NCBI GenBank assembly: GCA_037444125.1
Contig: JBBINA010000006.1
Location: 1 to 56,618, forward strand
Origin: a bacterium
GTDB taxonomy: Bacteria; Patescibacteriota; Minisyncoccia; JBBINA01
DNA: 56,618 bases
Direction: 5' to 3'
Below the pieces are notes generated by a model. It ran no database searches. It saw nothing but the letters and a program-made list of their open reading frames with translations, and was not told the origin of the DNA. Shown here in pieces: positions 1 to 10,004 of the stretch (position 1 is its first letter; each line of letters begins with the position of its first letter). A program made the translations under genes and the position numbers.

Positions 1-2
1 GA

Positions 3-1097
3 CTAGATGTTAATGGTGACATCAATCTTCCTTCTACTGGTATTATAAGAATTGCAGGTTCAGCAGGTTCTACAGGTCAAGTCTTAACTCGCACTTCTAC
101 TGGTATGGCTTGGCAGACAGCAGCAGGTAGCCTTCCTTCAGGTACATCAGGTCAAACATTAAGACATGATGGTACTAACTGGTTAGCCAACAGCAATATA
201 TATAACAATGGAACTAATGTAGGTATTGGGACGACTGGGCCAGGCGAAAAATTACATGTGGAAGGTGGCAATATTCGCATTCGTCAATTTCCTGCAAATG
301 ATACAACGCCATCATTAACAAGTCTTCAGTTATGGAACAGAGGAAGTGGTGGAACTAATTTTTATTGGAGTTTATACACTGCTGCGGTAGGTGGGGGTTT
401 TGGTGTTTATCCAAATGCATTTGAAATTTGGGAGTATCCTGCTACGCGAAGAAGATTTCAAATTATATCTGGTGGGAACACGATTTTAGTTCCAAGCGGC
501 GGTAATGTAGGTATTGGGACGACAACGCCCACACAAAAACTTCATGTAACGGGGTATATAAGAGGAGATTCAGGATTATGTATTGGCACAAATTGTATAA
601 CAACATGGTCATCGCTAGGAGATAACCTTGGAAACCATACTGCCACGACAATGCTCAATATGAACAATAATAACATAATAAATGTTAACAAAATAACTCT
701 CAATAACGGCGGCGCCATTGACCCAGTTTATGAATTAAACGGAAAAAAATACTCTACCTATGCGCCTTTTATGTTGGGAGTTAATGAAGAAATAACCGGA
801 AAGGGTATTTTAAAACAAAATGGTGAAAGTTTCGAATATTCGATTGATTTCTCTAAAATAAAAGAAGGTTCTGATCTATGGGTTTGGTATCAAATTGTTA
901 AATTTTCGAAAGACACAGTCGAAGCCATTGCCACTCCCTACGGAACATATGCAAATATTTATTATGTCATAAATGGCAACAAACTAATATTTTACGGCGA
1001 CAAACCAGTAGAATTCTCATACCGTTTAACCGGCAAAAGAAAAGATTATAACAATTGGCCTACCTTAATAATTGATGACAAAAATAACCAAAAGTGA
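3..1097 (+). CDS. 5'-truncated surface/fibre-like protein with NVGIGTT repeats (tail-fibre/adhesin-like)
   Basis: Frame is open from the window edge (LDVNGDINLPSTG...) into ORF 105..1097. Two NVGIGTT..P..KLHV.G repeats, GLCIGTNCITTW and DNLGNHTAT motifs are typical of trimeric fibre-like proteins. Confidence 0.7.
   Translation, partial: LDVNGDINLPSTGIIRIAGSAGSTGQVLTRTSTGMAWQTAAGSLPSGTSGQTLRHDGTNWLANSNIYNNGTNVGIGTTGPGEKLHVEGGNIRIRQFPANDTTPSLTSLQLWNRGSGGTNFYWSLYTAAVGGGFGVYPNAFEIWEYPATRRRFQIISGGNTILVPSGGNVGIGTTTPTQKLHVTGYIRGDSGLCIGTNCITTWSSLGDNLGNHTATTMLNMNNNNIINVNKITLNNGGAIDPVYELNGKKYSTYAPFMLGVNEEITGKGILKQNGESFEYSIDFSKIKEGSDLWVWYQIVKFSKDTVEAIATPYGTYANIYYVINGNKLIFYGDKPVEFSYRLTGKRKDYNNWPTLIIDDKNNQK
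215..523 (+). repeat. 21-bp exact direct repeat TAATGTAGGTATTGGGACGAC at 215-235 and 503-523
   Basis: Read directly. Both copies encode NVGIGTT and lie 288 bp (96 codons) apart. Confidence 0.9.
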
Positions 1098-1683
1098 TAA
1101 CAACCAAAATATCCACCAAAAAACGAGAATCTTTAAAATAACAATTTGGTTAATATTATTACTGATTTTGGCTACAAGTGGATGGTTGCTTTATTTAAAT
1201 AAAATTAAAATAAAATTTCAACAAAGACACATTCAAAATTATATGCAGGCCAATAAAATAATTAGTCCCCCATCTCAAGAAACCATTTCAGTTGAAGAAA
1301 GCTCAATAAAAAGACAAGATAACGAATCAAGTAAATTAACTGACCGTTCCCAAAAATTTACTATCAGCACTAAACAAAAAACTCCTTTTAAAACCGTGAC
1401 ATTGGATCCTTATTTTATAAAAGAAGGGGGAAATATGTTAATTGAAGTTGAAACCAACAAATCAATACCCATTAAAGATTTAGTAGCCGAAATATTTAAT
1501 GACGAGGGTGTGGACATCATCAAACTTTTAAAAATTAAAGATTTGCAAAATAATAATTATGATACATATTTAGCGAGATGGAATTCTCATTCTATTAGCG
1601 AAAACAAAGCTTACAAAATTATTTTTCTGGCACAATCAACTGAAAAAGAATTTAATCTAGAAATGTTTTTTGAAACTCAATAA
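1072..1683 (+). CDS. hypothetical protein with one N-terminal membrane anchor
   Basis: 203-aa ORF with hydrophobic segment ITIWLILLLILATSGWLLYL; overlaps the upstream gene end. Confidence 0.7.
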   Translation: MMTKITKSDNNQNIHQKTRIFKITIWLILLLILATSGWLLYLNKIKIKFQQRHIQNYMQANKIISPPSQETISVEESSIKRQDNESSKLTDRSQKFTISTKQKTPFKTVTLDPYFIKEGGNMLIEVETNKSIPIKDLVAEIFNDEGVDIIKLLKIKDLQNNNYDTYLARWNSHSISENKAYKIIFLAQSTEKEFNLEMFFETQ

Positions 1684-1716
1684 TAAAAATCAAACTTTTA
1701 ATGAATAAACATTAAA

Positions 1717-2748
1717 ATGAACGGAAATTTAACACCTGACAATAATAATCAAAATACATCAATTTCCCAACAAACGCCAAAGCAAAGAATAAAAACAAAA
1801 GCTCTTTTCTATAGAATTATTTTAATTATTATTGGAGTAGCTACAATTACGGCGGGAGGTTTTGTTATATTTAAAGAACTGAAAAATGAAGCAAAATTGC
1901 AAACATCTACAGAAAAAATAACAGAAACTAACTTAAACAGCCTACCTAAAGAAACAGTAATTGCAACTATTGGCACATTAAATATTACAAAAGGCGACCT
2001 TGATTATAAAAAAAAGATTGAAATTGGTTACTCTGGCAAAGAATCAGAAATAGATATTGCCCTATTAGAAACCATCCACGACAAAATATTTGAAAATATT
2101 CTTTCTAGATACAGCTTAACCATAACTAAAGAAGAGATTGAAAAAGAAAATGAACGAATTCATAAAGAAACCCTTGTACCTGAATCGCTTAAAAAATTAG
2201 AAGATTCCTTTAACAATAAAGAAGCTTTCCTTGAATTTTTCGTAAAACCTGTATTAATAAAAAGGACGCTTAAACAATTTTTCGAAGATAACCACGATAA
2301 ATTTGATCCTAAAAAAATAGAAATCGCTAAAACCCTTGAAAAACTAAAACAAGGTGAGCTATCAATAAAAGAATTGAATGCAGATACTATAAAAAGTATC
2401 TTTGTGTCTAAAAATCCACCCAAAGAAAATATAATTAATTTACAAACCCAAGGGAAATTAGAAACTACTATTTTTTACGATCCAAAACTTCTTGAAGCTA
2501 TCAGAAATTTAAAGCAAAATGAATTCTTGGACTATATTTATAATGCTGGTCCACATTTGTATGCATTAATAAAATTGGATTCAGTGAAACAAGATGGATT
2601 TAATATAACCGCAATTCTATTTAGAAAAAAAACTTATGATGACTGGTTGAATGAAGAAATCGCTAAAACAAATATCCAAATTTTAAACACCAAAATTAAG
2701 AAATTTTTACAACAAAGATTTCCGCAAGAAACTATCCTTAAATTTTAA
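1717..2748 (+). CDS. membrane-anchored SurA N-terminal/PrsA-like foldase-type protein
   Basis: TM helix, then VIATIG...ITKGDL and a helical region resembling SurA_N. No clear PPIase catalytic motifs. Confidence 0.5.
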   Translation: MNGNLTPDNNNQNTSISQQTPKQRIKTKALFYRIILIIIGVATITAGGFVIFKELKNEAKLQTSTEKITETNLNSLPKETVIATIGTLNITKGDLDYKKKIEIGYSGKESEIDIALLETIHDKIFENILSRYSLTITKEEIEKENERIHKETLVPESLKKLEDSFNNKEAFLEFFVKPVLIKRTLKQFFEDNHDKFDPKKIEIAKTLEKLKQGELSIKELNADTIKSIFVSKNPPKENIINLQTQGKLETTIFYDPKLLEAIRNLKQNEFLDYIYNAGPHLYALIKLDSVKQDGFNITAILFRKKTYDDWLNEEIAKTNIQILNTKIKKFLQQRFPQETILKF

Positions 2749-2761
2749 AATAGTCAAAACA

Positions 2762-4672
2762 ATGAAATCTATCTTCAAACTTTCATCGTTAATAATTTTT
2801 CTAGTTATAATAAATGTTATTAAAACAGAGTTTTTTATTGCTGATGCGCAGAATTATTGCGACTTGCCTCAGGTCAATAACTATGAAATATCCGCTTCGT
2901 GTATCACAACTAGCACCACGGCTGTTGAAAACGGCAATTTAACTATCCTTGGCTCCACAACTACTTTTCAAATTTCCCCTAATTCAACTTTAATCTATAA
3001 TCCCAATAATTCAATAAACCCTCAAGAAGGATATATTATCTTTCCTTCTAGCTCCTCTCAAATCAAAAAGGGTTACTTGTGCGTCCAAGATCAAGATAGA
3101 GACGGCTGTTTTACTAATCCTAGTTATTCTATCAATCCTATGTGCACGGATCCAAATATAAGATATCTCAATTATACCGCTTCTTATACCCCCAACTATT
3201 TTGGAGATTGCGATGATTCAACTAATAAAAGATGCTATTTAAAAGATGAAATTTGCGGCGACGAAATTGATAATAACTGCAACGGCGTAATTGACGAAGA
3301 GTGCGGAAAATTTAGAACTTTTCATTCTGCTTTTATAAGAAATAATAAAATGTATTTATATGGCGGAGGTTTATCTGTTCCAGAAATGATAGAAAGTTGG
3401 ATAGAGATAGAGCCAGGTTACGGATTTACCACAACTGTTCCTTATATCACTTATAAACCATACCACAAAGATTGGTTAGTATTTGACCTAAACCAAGAAA
3501 GATGGATTTCAAATCAAGAAAACCTTTCTCAGTTTAAAATCATAATATATCAAGGCTCCTCTTATCTTGACAATAAATTTTATATTCTAGGAGGAGTAAC
3601 CAAAGAAGAACTTGATATAACCTCTAACCCTAGTTTTTCACGTCTTTACACTTTCGATTTTGCCAATAACCAATGGTCAACACACCTTATTCCTACTGGA
3701 TACGTATGGTGCAACTATACAAGAGAAGGACCCGGACTATTCCCAACATATCAGGTCACAGCTAGTTATCGCTACACCAGCCCTGCTCCTCTTTATCTTT
3801 TTCGAAACGAACAGCTTTTATCTGTAAATATCCCCCCAGGCTATAATCAACAAGGCGAATATAGCGAAACCCTTTCATCATTTAATCCTGATAATACTTT
3901 TTATTCTTTAAGATTAGGTCCGTCAGTAAGCTCTCCTTTAGTAAGTACGCCACAAAACTGCAATCAAACTTCAGACGTTAGCATATTAGATTACTTGTGG
4001 CTTAGTCATTATTTCAAAGAAGGAATTCTCGCTTATAAATACAATGGTCAAGATATGATTCAAGCAGGCTCTCAATTCAGATTTAACGCCCAACAAGAAA
4101 ATGCTATCCCTACTTCAACTCCACATTGCCAGTACGACTATTGCCCACCAGAGTCTAGTATTAATAATGAAGAAACTAAATCTTTGTTTCAATTAGGCAA
4201 CTCTATATACTCGACAACAAATAGCGGTTATGCGATTGGCACTATAAAATATGATCTACCAAACATCTTTGGTAATAAAAGAACTATTATAAATTATGAT
4301 CCAGCGATAGCCAGAATATTCCCTTTTTCCAACCATGGCATAGTTCTTCATAATAATAAACTTTACACTATTCAGATGTATGGAAATCAATTTTTTGGCA
4401 TGACAGAAGGTTTGGTTTATGACCTATTAACAAATCAAATTGTAGACGAACCAAGTTTTAGACAATTACCATGCTCAGGAAACTCTCAGCCTGCTATTTT
4501 GGATTATTGGCACTATGTACCTCATTTTGGCGCTTCTCTTGTCGCAAGTAATGAAAAAAATAAATTATATGTCTATGGAGGAAACTTTAGCCAAGAAAAA
4601 TGCATTACAATGCTTCGCATTTATGACTTCAATCAAAGAAGATGGTATTTTGGCCCTAACCCTTCAAACTAA
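2762..4672 (+). CDS. secreted Cys-rich protein with metal-binding repeat and Kelch-like blades
   Basis: Signal peptide; DQDRDG, GDCDD and EICGDEIDNNCNGVIDEEC (MopE-like putative metal-binding motif); Kelch-like NNKMYLYGG, DNKFYILGG, NKLYVYGG. Confidence 0.7.
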   Translation: MKSIFKLSSLIIFLVIINVIKTEFFIADAQNYCDLPQVNNYEISASCITTSTTAVENGNLTILGSTTTFQISPNSTLIYNPNNSINPQEGYIIFPSSSSQIKKGYLCVQDQDRDGCFTNPSYSINPMCTDPNIRYLNYTASYTPNYFGDCDDSTNKRCYLKDEICGDEIDNNCNGVIDEECGKFRTFHSAFIRNNKMYLYGGGLSVPEMIESWIEIEPGYGFTTTVPYITYKPYHKDWLVFDLNQERWISNQENLSQFKIIIYQGSSYLDNKFYILGGVTKEELDITSNPSFSRLYTFDFANNQWSTHLIPTGYVWCNYTREGPGLFPTYQVTASYRYTSPAPLYLFRNEQLLSVNIPPGYNQQGEYSETLSSFNPDNTFYSLRLGPSVSSPLVSTPQNCNQTSDVSILDYLWLSHYFKEGILAYKYNGQDMIQAGSQFRFNAQQENAIPTSTPHCQYDYCPPESSINNEETKSLFQLGNSIYSTTNSGYAIGTIKYDLPNIFGNKRTIINYDPAIARIFPFSNHGIVLHNNKLYTIQMYGNQFFGMTEGLVYDLLTNQIVDEPSFRQLPCSGNSQPAILDYWHYVPHFGASLVASNEKNKLYVYGGNFSQEKCITMLRIYDFNQRRWYFGPNPSN

Positions 4673-4682
4673 TTAATTTAAG

Positions 4683-5754
4683 ACAATTTGACGGCTCTTT
4701 TCGCATAAGGATGCGAATAAACGGAATATTACGACTTTATTCAAAAACTGACCGAAGTAAATTCATAAACTATGACGAGCTTGTCCGACGTTTAAAAATT
4801 TTATCCGGTCTTGATATAGCCGAATCACGCCTGCCACAAGATCGACATTTTTGAGTTTAACGACAAGGCAATTAACCAGAAATACAATATAAGAATCTCA
4901 ACAATGCCAATCATTAATAAAGAAGCTATCGCCTTGAGAATTCTTAACAGAAAAGATTTGGTAATGGAAATTGAAAAATTAGGCTTTAATAAATTCCAAC
5001 TTGAAATTATTCGTTCATTAATCAAACGGGGAAGCACCTGTATTATTTCTATGGACCAGTAGGTTCAGGAAAAACAACTTTACTTTATTCTAAAATCAAC
5101 GAGCTCAAAAGCACCGATATTAATTTCTATCTTAGAAGATCCGGTTTAATTTGTTTTTTTCAAATCTTAGACAAACACAAGTCAATAATAAAATCGGCCT
5201 TAATTTTGCTGCAAGCCTACGTCATTTTTTAAGACAGTAGCAGAGATTATATTTAGTAGGCGAAAATAAGAGAAAAATAAACAGCCGAAATCTCTAATCT
5301 CTATAAGAGATTCTCTTACCGGCCGATTTGTCTTAACCACACTTCACTCTTATAAAAATATAAGGATTTGTGCTAGATTACCTAAAATGAAAAATAGGCA
5401 AAGCGTCTTTAGAGCATGCGATAAATGCAATCATCAACAACAGATTAGTACGAAAAAACTGTTTTTTATTTTCTAAAAGAATATAGCCCTACTTAACCAC
5501 TTGCTTAAACATTTTAATATTACAGCTGAACAGATGAATATTTTTAAAAAGTGAAGGATGTGAAAAATGATAAAATGCTGGCTATATAAGCAGAATAGCA
5601 ATTCATGAAATTTTGGTAATAGAAGAAGAAATAAAAACTGTCTCATTGAAAATTTAAAATATACTGAAATTAAATAAAACTCATCAATAACGCTCTAAAA
5701 TTAGTCTTTGAAGAACAAACTACTTTAGAAGAGCTTCAAAGAGTTTTGGGGTGA
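4683..5754 (+). pseudogene. decayed PilB/GspE-type secretion ATPase
   Basis: Fragments across frames: RIRMRINGIL, RLKILSGLDIAESRLPQD, IRISTMP, Walker A GPVGSGKTT (5053-5079), LEDPV, QTQVNNKIGLNFAASLRHFLRQ, LTGRFVLTTLH, TTLEELQRVLG*. Many stops and frameshifts; start approximate. Confidence 0.85.
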
Positions 5755-5756
5755 TT

Positions 5757-6299
5757 TCACAAATAAGAAGGGTTTTTTTCTTTAAGAAATTTTTGCGCCG
5801 CCTCTTTTCGAGCTAATGCATAAAAAAAACTTGATAATCGATTAATATAAGAAAGACAATCAAGGGGCATTGCGTATCTTTTTTTCAATACCAATAATAC
5901 TAACTCTGTGCGGCGAACTACAGCTCTTAAATAATCAAGCCAGGCAGAATTTTTATTGCTGCCCGGTATTACAAATTTTCGCTGAATTTTAATTTCTTTT
6001 TCAATTTTATCAATAATCGCTTCAAGATTTTTAATTTTCTGCGATGAAAATTTGGGCGGCTTAAACTTTGGATACATAAAATAAGCTACATTAGCTTGAA
6101 TAATAAATAAATCCTCTTGTACTTGTAATAAGTGTTTATTTATTTCTTTTGAATTTATGTAATTTCGAGCAAGCCCAATCAAAGAATTAAGTTCATCAAG
6201 AGCGCCTACTGCCTGAATTAAAATTGAGGTTTTATTAATTTTTTTGGAACCTATAACACTCTTACCTTTGTCGCCTTTACCTGTGTAAAAAATAGCCAT
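5757..6299 (-). CDS. pduO: PduO-type ATP:cob(I)alamin adenosyltransferase
   Basis: FYTGKGDKG, GALDELNS.IG, RAVVRRTE and YINRLSS motifs. Confidence 0.9.
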   Translation of the reverse strand: MAIFYTGKGDKGKSVIGSKKINKTSILIQAVGALDELNSLIGLARNYINSKEINKHLLQVQEDLFIIQANVAYFMYPKFKPPKFSSQKIKNLEAIIDKIEKEIKIQRKFVIPGSNKNSAWLDYLRAVVRRTELVLLVLKKRYAMPLDCLSYINRLSSFFYALARKEAAQKFLKEKNPSYL

Positions 6300-6314
6300 A
6301 AAATATTTTATAAC

Positions 6315-7126
6315 TTAGAAAGCTTTGAAAAAACTAAAAAAAACTGGTGGAGAATCAAGTAATGTCTCTTCTGAACCGCTCCAATCATGGGCAGCTTTTA
6401 TGATTACTTCAAAGGGATAAAAATAATTTTTGCCGCGTCTTGTCACAGGATCGTTCGTATAAAAACCCTCATCATCAAAACCCTTTAAAAGCAACATATG
6501 ATATACTAGACCTGGCAGGTGTAATATGGATTATTAAGAAGTTTCCCAGCCATTCCTGCTACGACTAAATTGCCATTGCTTATCTCTTTTTTTAAATCTT
6601 CAATCGTCGGATTTTCAATTATTCGGGCATTTATATTATAAACTTCTTTAGCCATTTTAGCCACCTCAACGGCTTTAGAGCTTTCAGGCGACCCTAAATT
6701 TAATCTACCCCAACTCGCCAGCTTTTTAATTTCTGATTCGGCTAATTCTTGAGTTAGAGAAATATTATTAAACCAAGCGTAAATCATTACTAATATTGCC
6801 TCTTCGCATGCTTCTTCATGAAGCGCGTCCCAAATCGCATAAGGCACCTGGCTGGTAAACTCAATTTCGTGATTAACTGATGTCGGCATTATAGCTATTG
6901 AGGTTTCTTTGACTTCTTCTTTTTTGTTTTCAAGTTCTGTTTCTATAATTATTTCTTCTTCAGCCTTCTGATCTGTTATTTGTCCTATATCTTTTTCTGG
7001 ATTTCCTTCAAATTTAATAATGTCTGCAACAGGTTTGTTAATTCCGATAATAATTATTTTATAACTTACCTGCAATAAACCAACAAATAAAGTAAAAAAA
7101 ATTATTAATAAAAACAAAATTCTCAT
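6315..7126 (-). pseudogene. C39-like (papain-fold) peptidase family protein split by one frameshift
   Basis: ORF 6506..7126 carries FTSQVP and ACEEA (Cys). After a shift near 6515 the other frame continues PGLVYHMLLLKGFD...NDP..RRG..Y (His, Asp) to the stop at 6315. Confidence 0.8.
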
Positions 7127-7134
7127 AAAACTTT

Positions 7135-7903
7135 CAATATATTACAACTGCTTTGTTATTTAAAAGCTTCCACTCTTTTAAGAATTTATCTTTATGAATA
7201 ATTATCCGCCCGTAAATAGGGTCAAGAAACAATAAATTTTTTTTTCAATAGTTCCGCTAAAACCAGCAAGAACTCTAGTATGCTCACCGTAAATAGCCTT
7301 CACAAATTTGCCATCTTTGATGTTCCACGAAATATCTTTACCAGAAGCAAGGGTCCCCCAGATAATAACAGGATTACCACGACTAAGTTCAGTTAAAATG
7401 TCAGTTAGGGTGGCATTATCAATTATCCGTGATGGTCTATAAAGTTTGGCAAGGTCAGTTATTGGCCCTTCATAAACTCCATAACCTTGATCGGGAATTT
7501 TGCCATCAATATTAACAACAAATCCCCTATCTGGATCGCCCCATATGTTATCAGAACCACGAGGCTCTTTTGTATCAAAAGGTAACCTCTTTAAAAGTTC
7601 GTTTTCGCTTATGTTTTTTCCTTTAAACATAAGCGCCCTTTTCAAAGCCGTTATCTCACAGGACAAGGCATGTTCTTGTCTATGAAAAGGTATATTCAAT
7701 TGCACGGTCATTTTCTCTTTTTTAAGAAAAGCTAAACCAAACTGCAGTTTATAAAACAATTGCTTCTGTAAACGTTTAATCCTATCAAGAATGTTAACCT
7801 CTCAGGATATACAAAAAAGACTAGATAATGCGATCTCAAAACTAATCCAATAAATACCAATAAAAATACGGCTAAACTTATTACTGCAATTGCTCTTCTC
7901 ATA
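7135..7903 (-). pseudogene. second C39-like (YvpB-type) peptidase with two frameshifts
   Basis: N-terminal TM segment from ATG ~7903 is out of frame with core ORF 7202..7759 (QEHALSCEIT, DPDRGFV, EHTRVLAG). After the A9 run at ~7237-7245 another frame gives LFLDPIYGRIIIHKDKFLKEWKLLNNKAVVIY*. Ends approximate. Confidence 0.75.
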
Positions 7904-7906
7904 AGC

Positions 7907-8677
7907 TTAAACCTTTAACTTTAAATAACGCCATCTTTTATATTGATCTTGATAAAATTCGCAATGCTTATAATAATTATAAAACTTAGTTAAAAATCTG
8001 CTAATTGATTCTTTTTGCTCAGACGAAAACTCCATATAAATCTCGCCTTTTTTCTTTAAATATTTATACCCTTGACTTAAAAAATCTTTAATAATATCCA
8101 AACCACCATAACCACCCACGAAACTTATACGAGGTTCAAATTTCTTAACTGATTTTTGTAAACTTTCAAACTTCTCTAAAGCCACATAAGGTGGATTAGC
8201 TAAAATATAATTGTATTTTGATTTAATATCGCAAAAAATATTGGATTTAATAATACCAAACCGTTCCTTAGTAATATTATTTAATCTTAAATTGTGCAAA
8301 ATTTGCCTAAGAAATTTTGGCTCTATATCGGCAAAATCAACATAAGAGTGAGGTATCTGTTTTAAAATGGCAATACCAATGCAACCAGAACCAGAAAATA
8401 AATCAAGGCATTTAATCTTCTTTCTTTTATCCTTTTTTAAAGTTTTTTCAATAATCTGACTTACCCAAAATTCGGTTTCTACGCGAGGAATCATAGGTCT
8501 AAAATTTAAATCAATTTTTGCACCGCAAAACTCAATAAAACCAATAATATAATCGATGGGTTCACCATTTTTAAGTCGCATAATATCATTACACAAACCC
8601 AGCGCCTCTTTGTCGCCGTTATATTTTTCCCTAATAATCCAATCAATATATTTATTTTTATTGCTAATTGATGGCAT
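7907..8677 (-). CDS. prmC: release factor glutamine methyltransferase (HemK/PrmC)
   Basis: GEPIDYIIG, IPRVETE, LDLFSGSGCIG and NPPY motifs. Confidence 0.92.
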   Translation of the reverse strand: MPSISNKNKYIDWIIREKYNGDKEALGLCNDIMRLKNGEPIDYIIGFIEFCGAKIDLNFRPMIPRVETEFWVSQIIEKTLKKDKRKKIKCLDLFSGSGCIGIAILKQIPHSYVDFADIEPKFLRQILHNLRLNNITKERFGIIKSNIFCDIKSKYNYILANPPYVALEKFESLQKSVKKFEPRISFVGGYGGLDIIKDFLSQGYKYLKKKGEIYMEFSSEQKESISRFLTKFYNYYKHCEFYQDQYKRWRYLKLKV

Positions 8678-8682
8678 AAAAT

Positions 8683-9540
8683 TTAGCTAAAGCTTTTATG
8701 TAAATACTCAGCCATCGCCTCTTGCCAAGGTCTCATTTTTTTAAACTTAGTGTTAATGAGAATACTTTTACGAGGTCGCGCAGCTGGACGCGCCAAATCT
8801 GCCAACTTAATTTTATTTAATTTAACTTCCTTTTTGAAGTTCTTATTATTTTTCGGCAAATAATCATAAATAAAATTGCCAATCTCATACCAACTAACCG
8901 AAACTTCATTAATAAAATGGTAAATGCCATAATCCGGCTGGCTTTCAAATAATAAGTAAATATGTCTAGCTAAATCATAAACATAGGTTGGCTTTCCAAA
9001 CTGATCGGCTACTAAATTTATTTCTTTTTTTGCTTCAAGCTCTTTCAAAAACCAACTTACAAAATTATTGCCCTCACCCCACAACCACGAAGTTCTTACA
9101 ATATAATGCCTTTCATACACTTCCTTAATCAACTCTTCACCAAGTAGTTTTGTTCTTCCGTAAATATTAAGCGGGTTTGGCTTATCATTTTCAACATAAC
9201 CTTCAGGTTTCTCTCCATCAAACACATAATCAGTCGAAAAATGAATTAAAACCGCATGCAATTTCTTGCAAAGCCGGGCTAAAAAACCAGGCACCTGTCC
9301 ATTTAATCTATAAGCAGTAAGCTTTAAATTGGAATCAGTTTCGCAACCATCAACATCAGTAACCGCAGCACAATTTACAATACACTTTGGCTTTAAATCT
9401 AGTATTTTCTTCTCAACTAGAGGAAAATCCAATAAATTGAGGTCATTAAATCCCCATATTATCGGCTTTAAATTAAACAAAGTTTTTTCTAAAGCTGTAG
9501 CTAGCCTGCCGCCTTTACCTAAAACTAATATTTTATCCAT
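8683..9540 (-). CDS. rfbD: dTDP-4-dehydrorhamnose reductase
   Basis: VNCAA.TDVD, HFSTDYVFDG, P.PLN.YG.TK, DQFGKPT and RPAARP motifs. Confidence 0.93.
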   Translation of the reverse strand: MDKILVLGKGGRLATALEKTLFNLKPIIWGFNDLNLLDFPLVEKKILDLKPKCIVNCAAVTDVDGCETDSNLKLTAYRLNGQVPGFLARLCKKLHAVLIHFSTDYVFDGEKPEGYVENDKPNPLNIYGRTKLLGEELIKEVYERHYIVRTSWLWGEGNNFVSWFLKELEAKKEINLVADQFGKPTYVYDLARHIYLLFESQPDYGIYHFINEVSVSWYEIGNFIYDYLPKNNKNFKKEVKLNKIKLADLARPAARPRKSILINTKFKKMRPWQEAMAEYLHKSFS

Positions 9541-9556
9541 AAAAACTTAAAAACTA

Positions 9557-9585
9557 TTGAAAAAATTAATTGATAGTGGTATTAT
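9557..9585 (+). promoter_or_regulatory. sigma70-type promoter TTGAAA-17-TATTAT with extended TG
   Basis: Consensus match upstream of ORF 9614..9958. Confidence 0.5.
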
Positions 9586-9613
9586 AAAAGGTTGTATCTT
9601 TTTTTAAAAAGGG

Positions 9614-9958
9614 GTGATAAGTTCTCTTATGTGCAACATCAAAAAGGGTTTCGATGTGATTGAGCGTGCCGAGGATGGAGTCGTCTTTTTCTTTAATAAA
9701 CCGCCGCACTTTAAACTTCCGCAACAAACTGCTTTTGGCGAAAAAAAGAAATATAGCCTTCCAGATCTTGCCAAGTCAATACGTGTTTTAAATTTAAACG
9801 GCGAGTCTGTAGAAATTAAGTCGAAAACAGTCTCTATAAAAAACAAAGATGTCGCCAAAGCGTTTTTTGAGCTTTGTAAAAAAGGGGGGGTAAACCCTAC
9901 TACAAGACAAAATAACGATCAGAAACGAAAAACTACAGGAGGACGGATCAAGAAGTAA
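9614..9958 (+). CDS. small basic hypothetical protein (start may be ATG 9629)
   Basis: 114-aa ORF bracketed by a promoter and a terminator; no recognisable family. Confidence 0.6.
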   Translation: MISSLMCNIKKGFDVIERAEDGVVFFFNKPPHFKLPQQTAFGEKKKYSLPDLAKSIRVLNLNGESVEIKSKTVSIKNKDVAKAFFELCKKGGVNPTTRQNNDQKRKTTGGRIKK

Positions 9959-9974
9959 AGTAATAATCTTTCTT

Positions 9975-10002
9975 ACCGGCAGTATCATACTGCCGGTTTT
10001 TT
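9975..10002 (+). terminator. intrinsic terminator ACCGGCAGTA-TCA-TACTGCCGGT + T tract
   Basis: Perfect 10-bp stem between two convergent genes. Confidence 0.8.
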
Positions 10003-10004
10003 AA

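Noticed and set aside
3-1097. Prophage tail gene or DGR target
   Set aside because: No other phage genes, reverse transcriptase or TR/VR pair in the window; the upstream flank is not visible.
4825-5037. 70-aa minus-strand ORF
   Set aside because: Shadow of the pilB remnant on the + strand.
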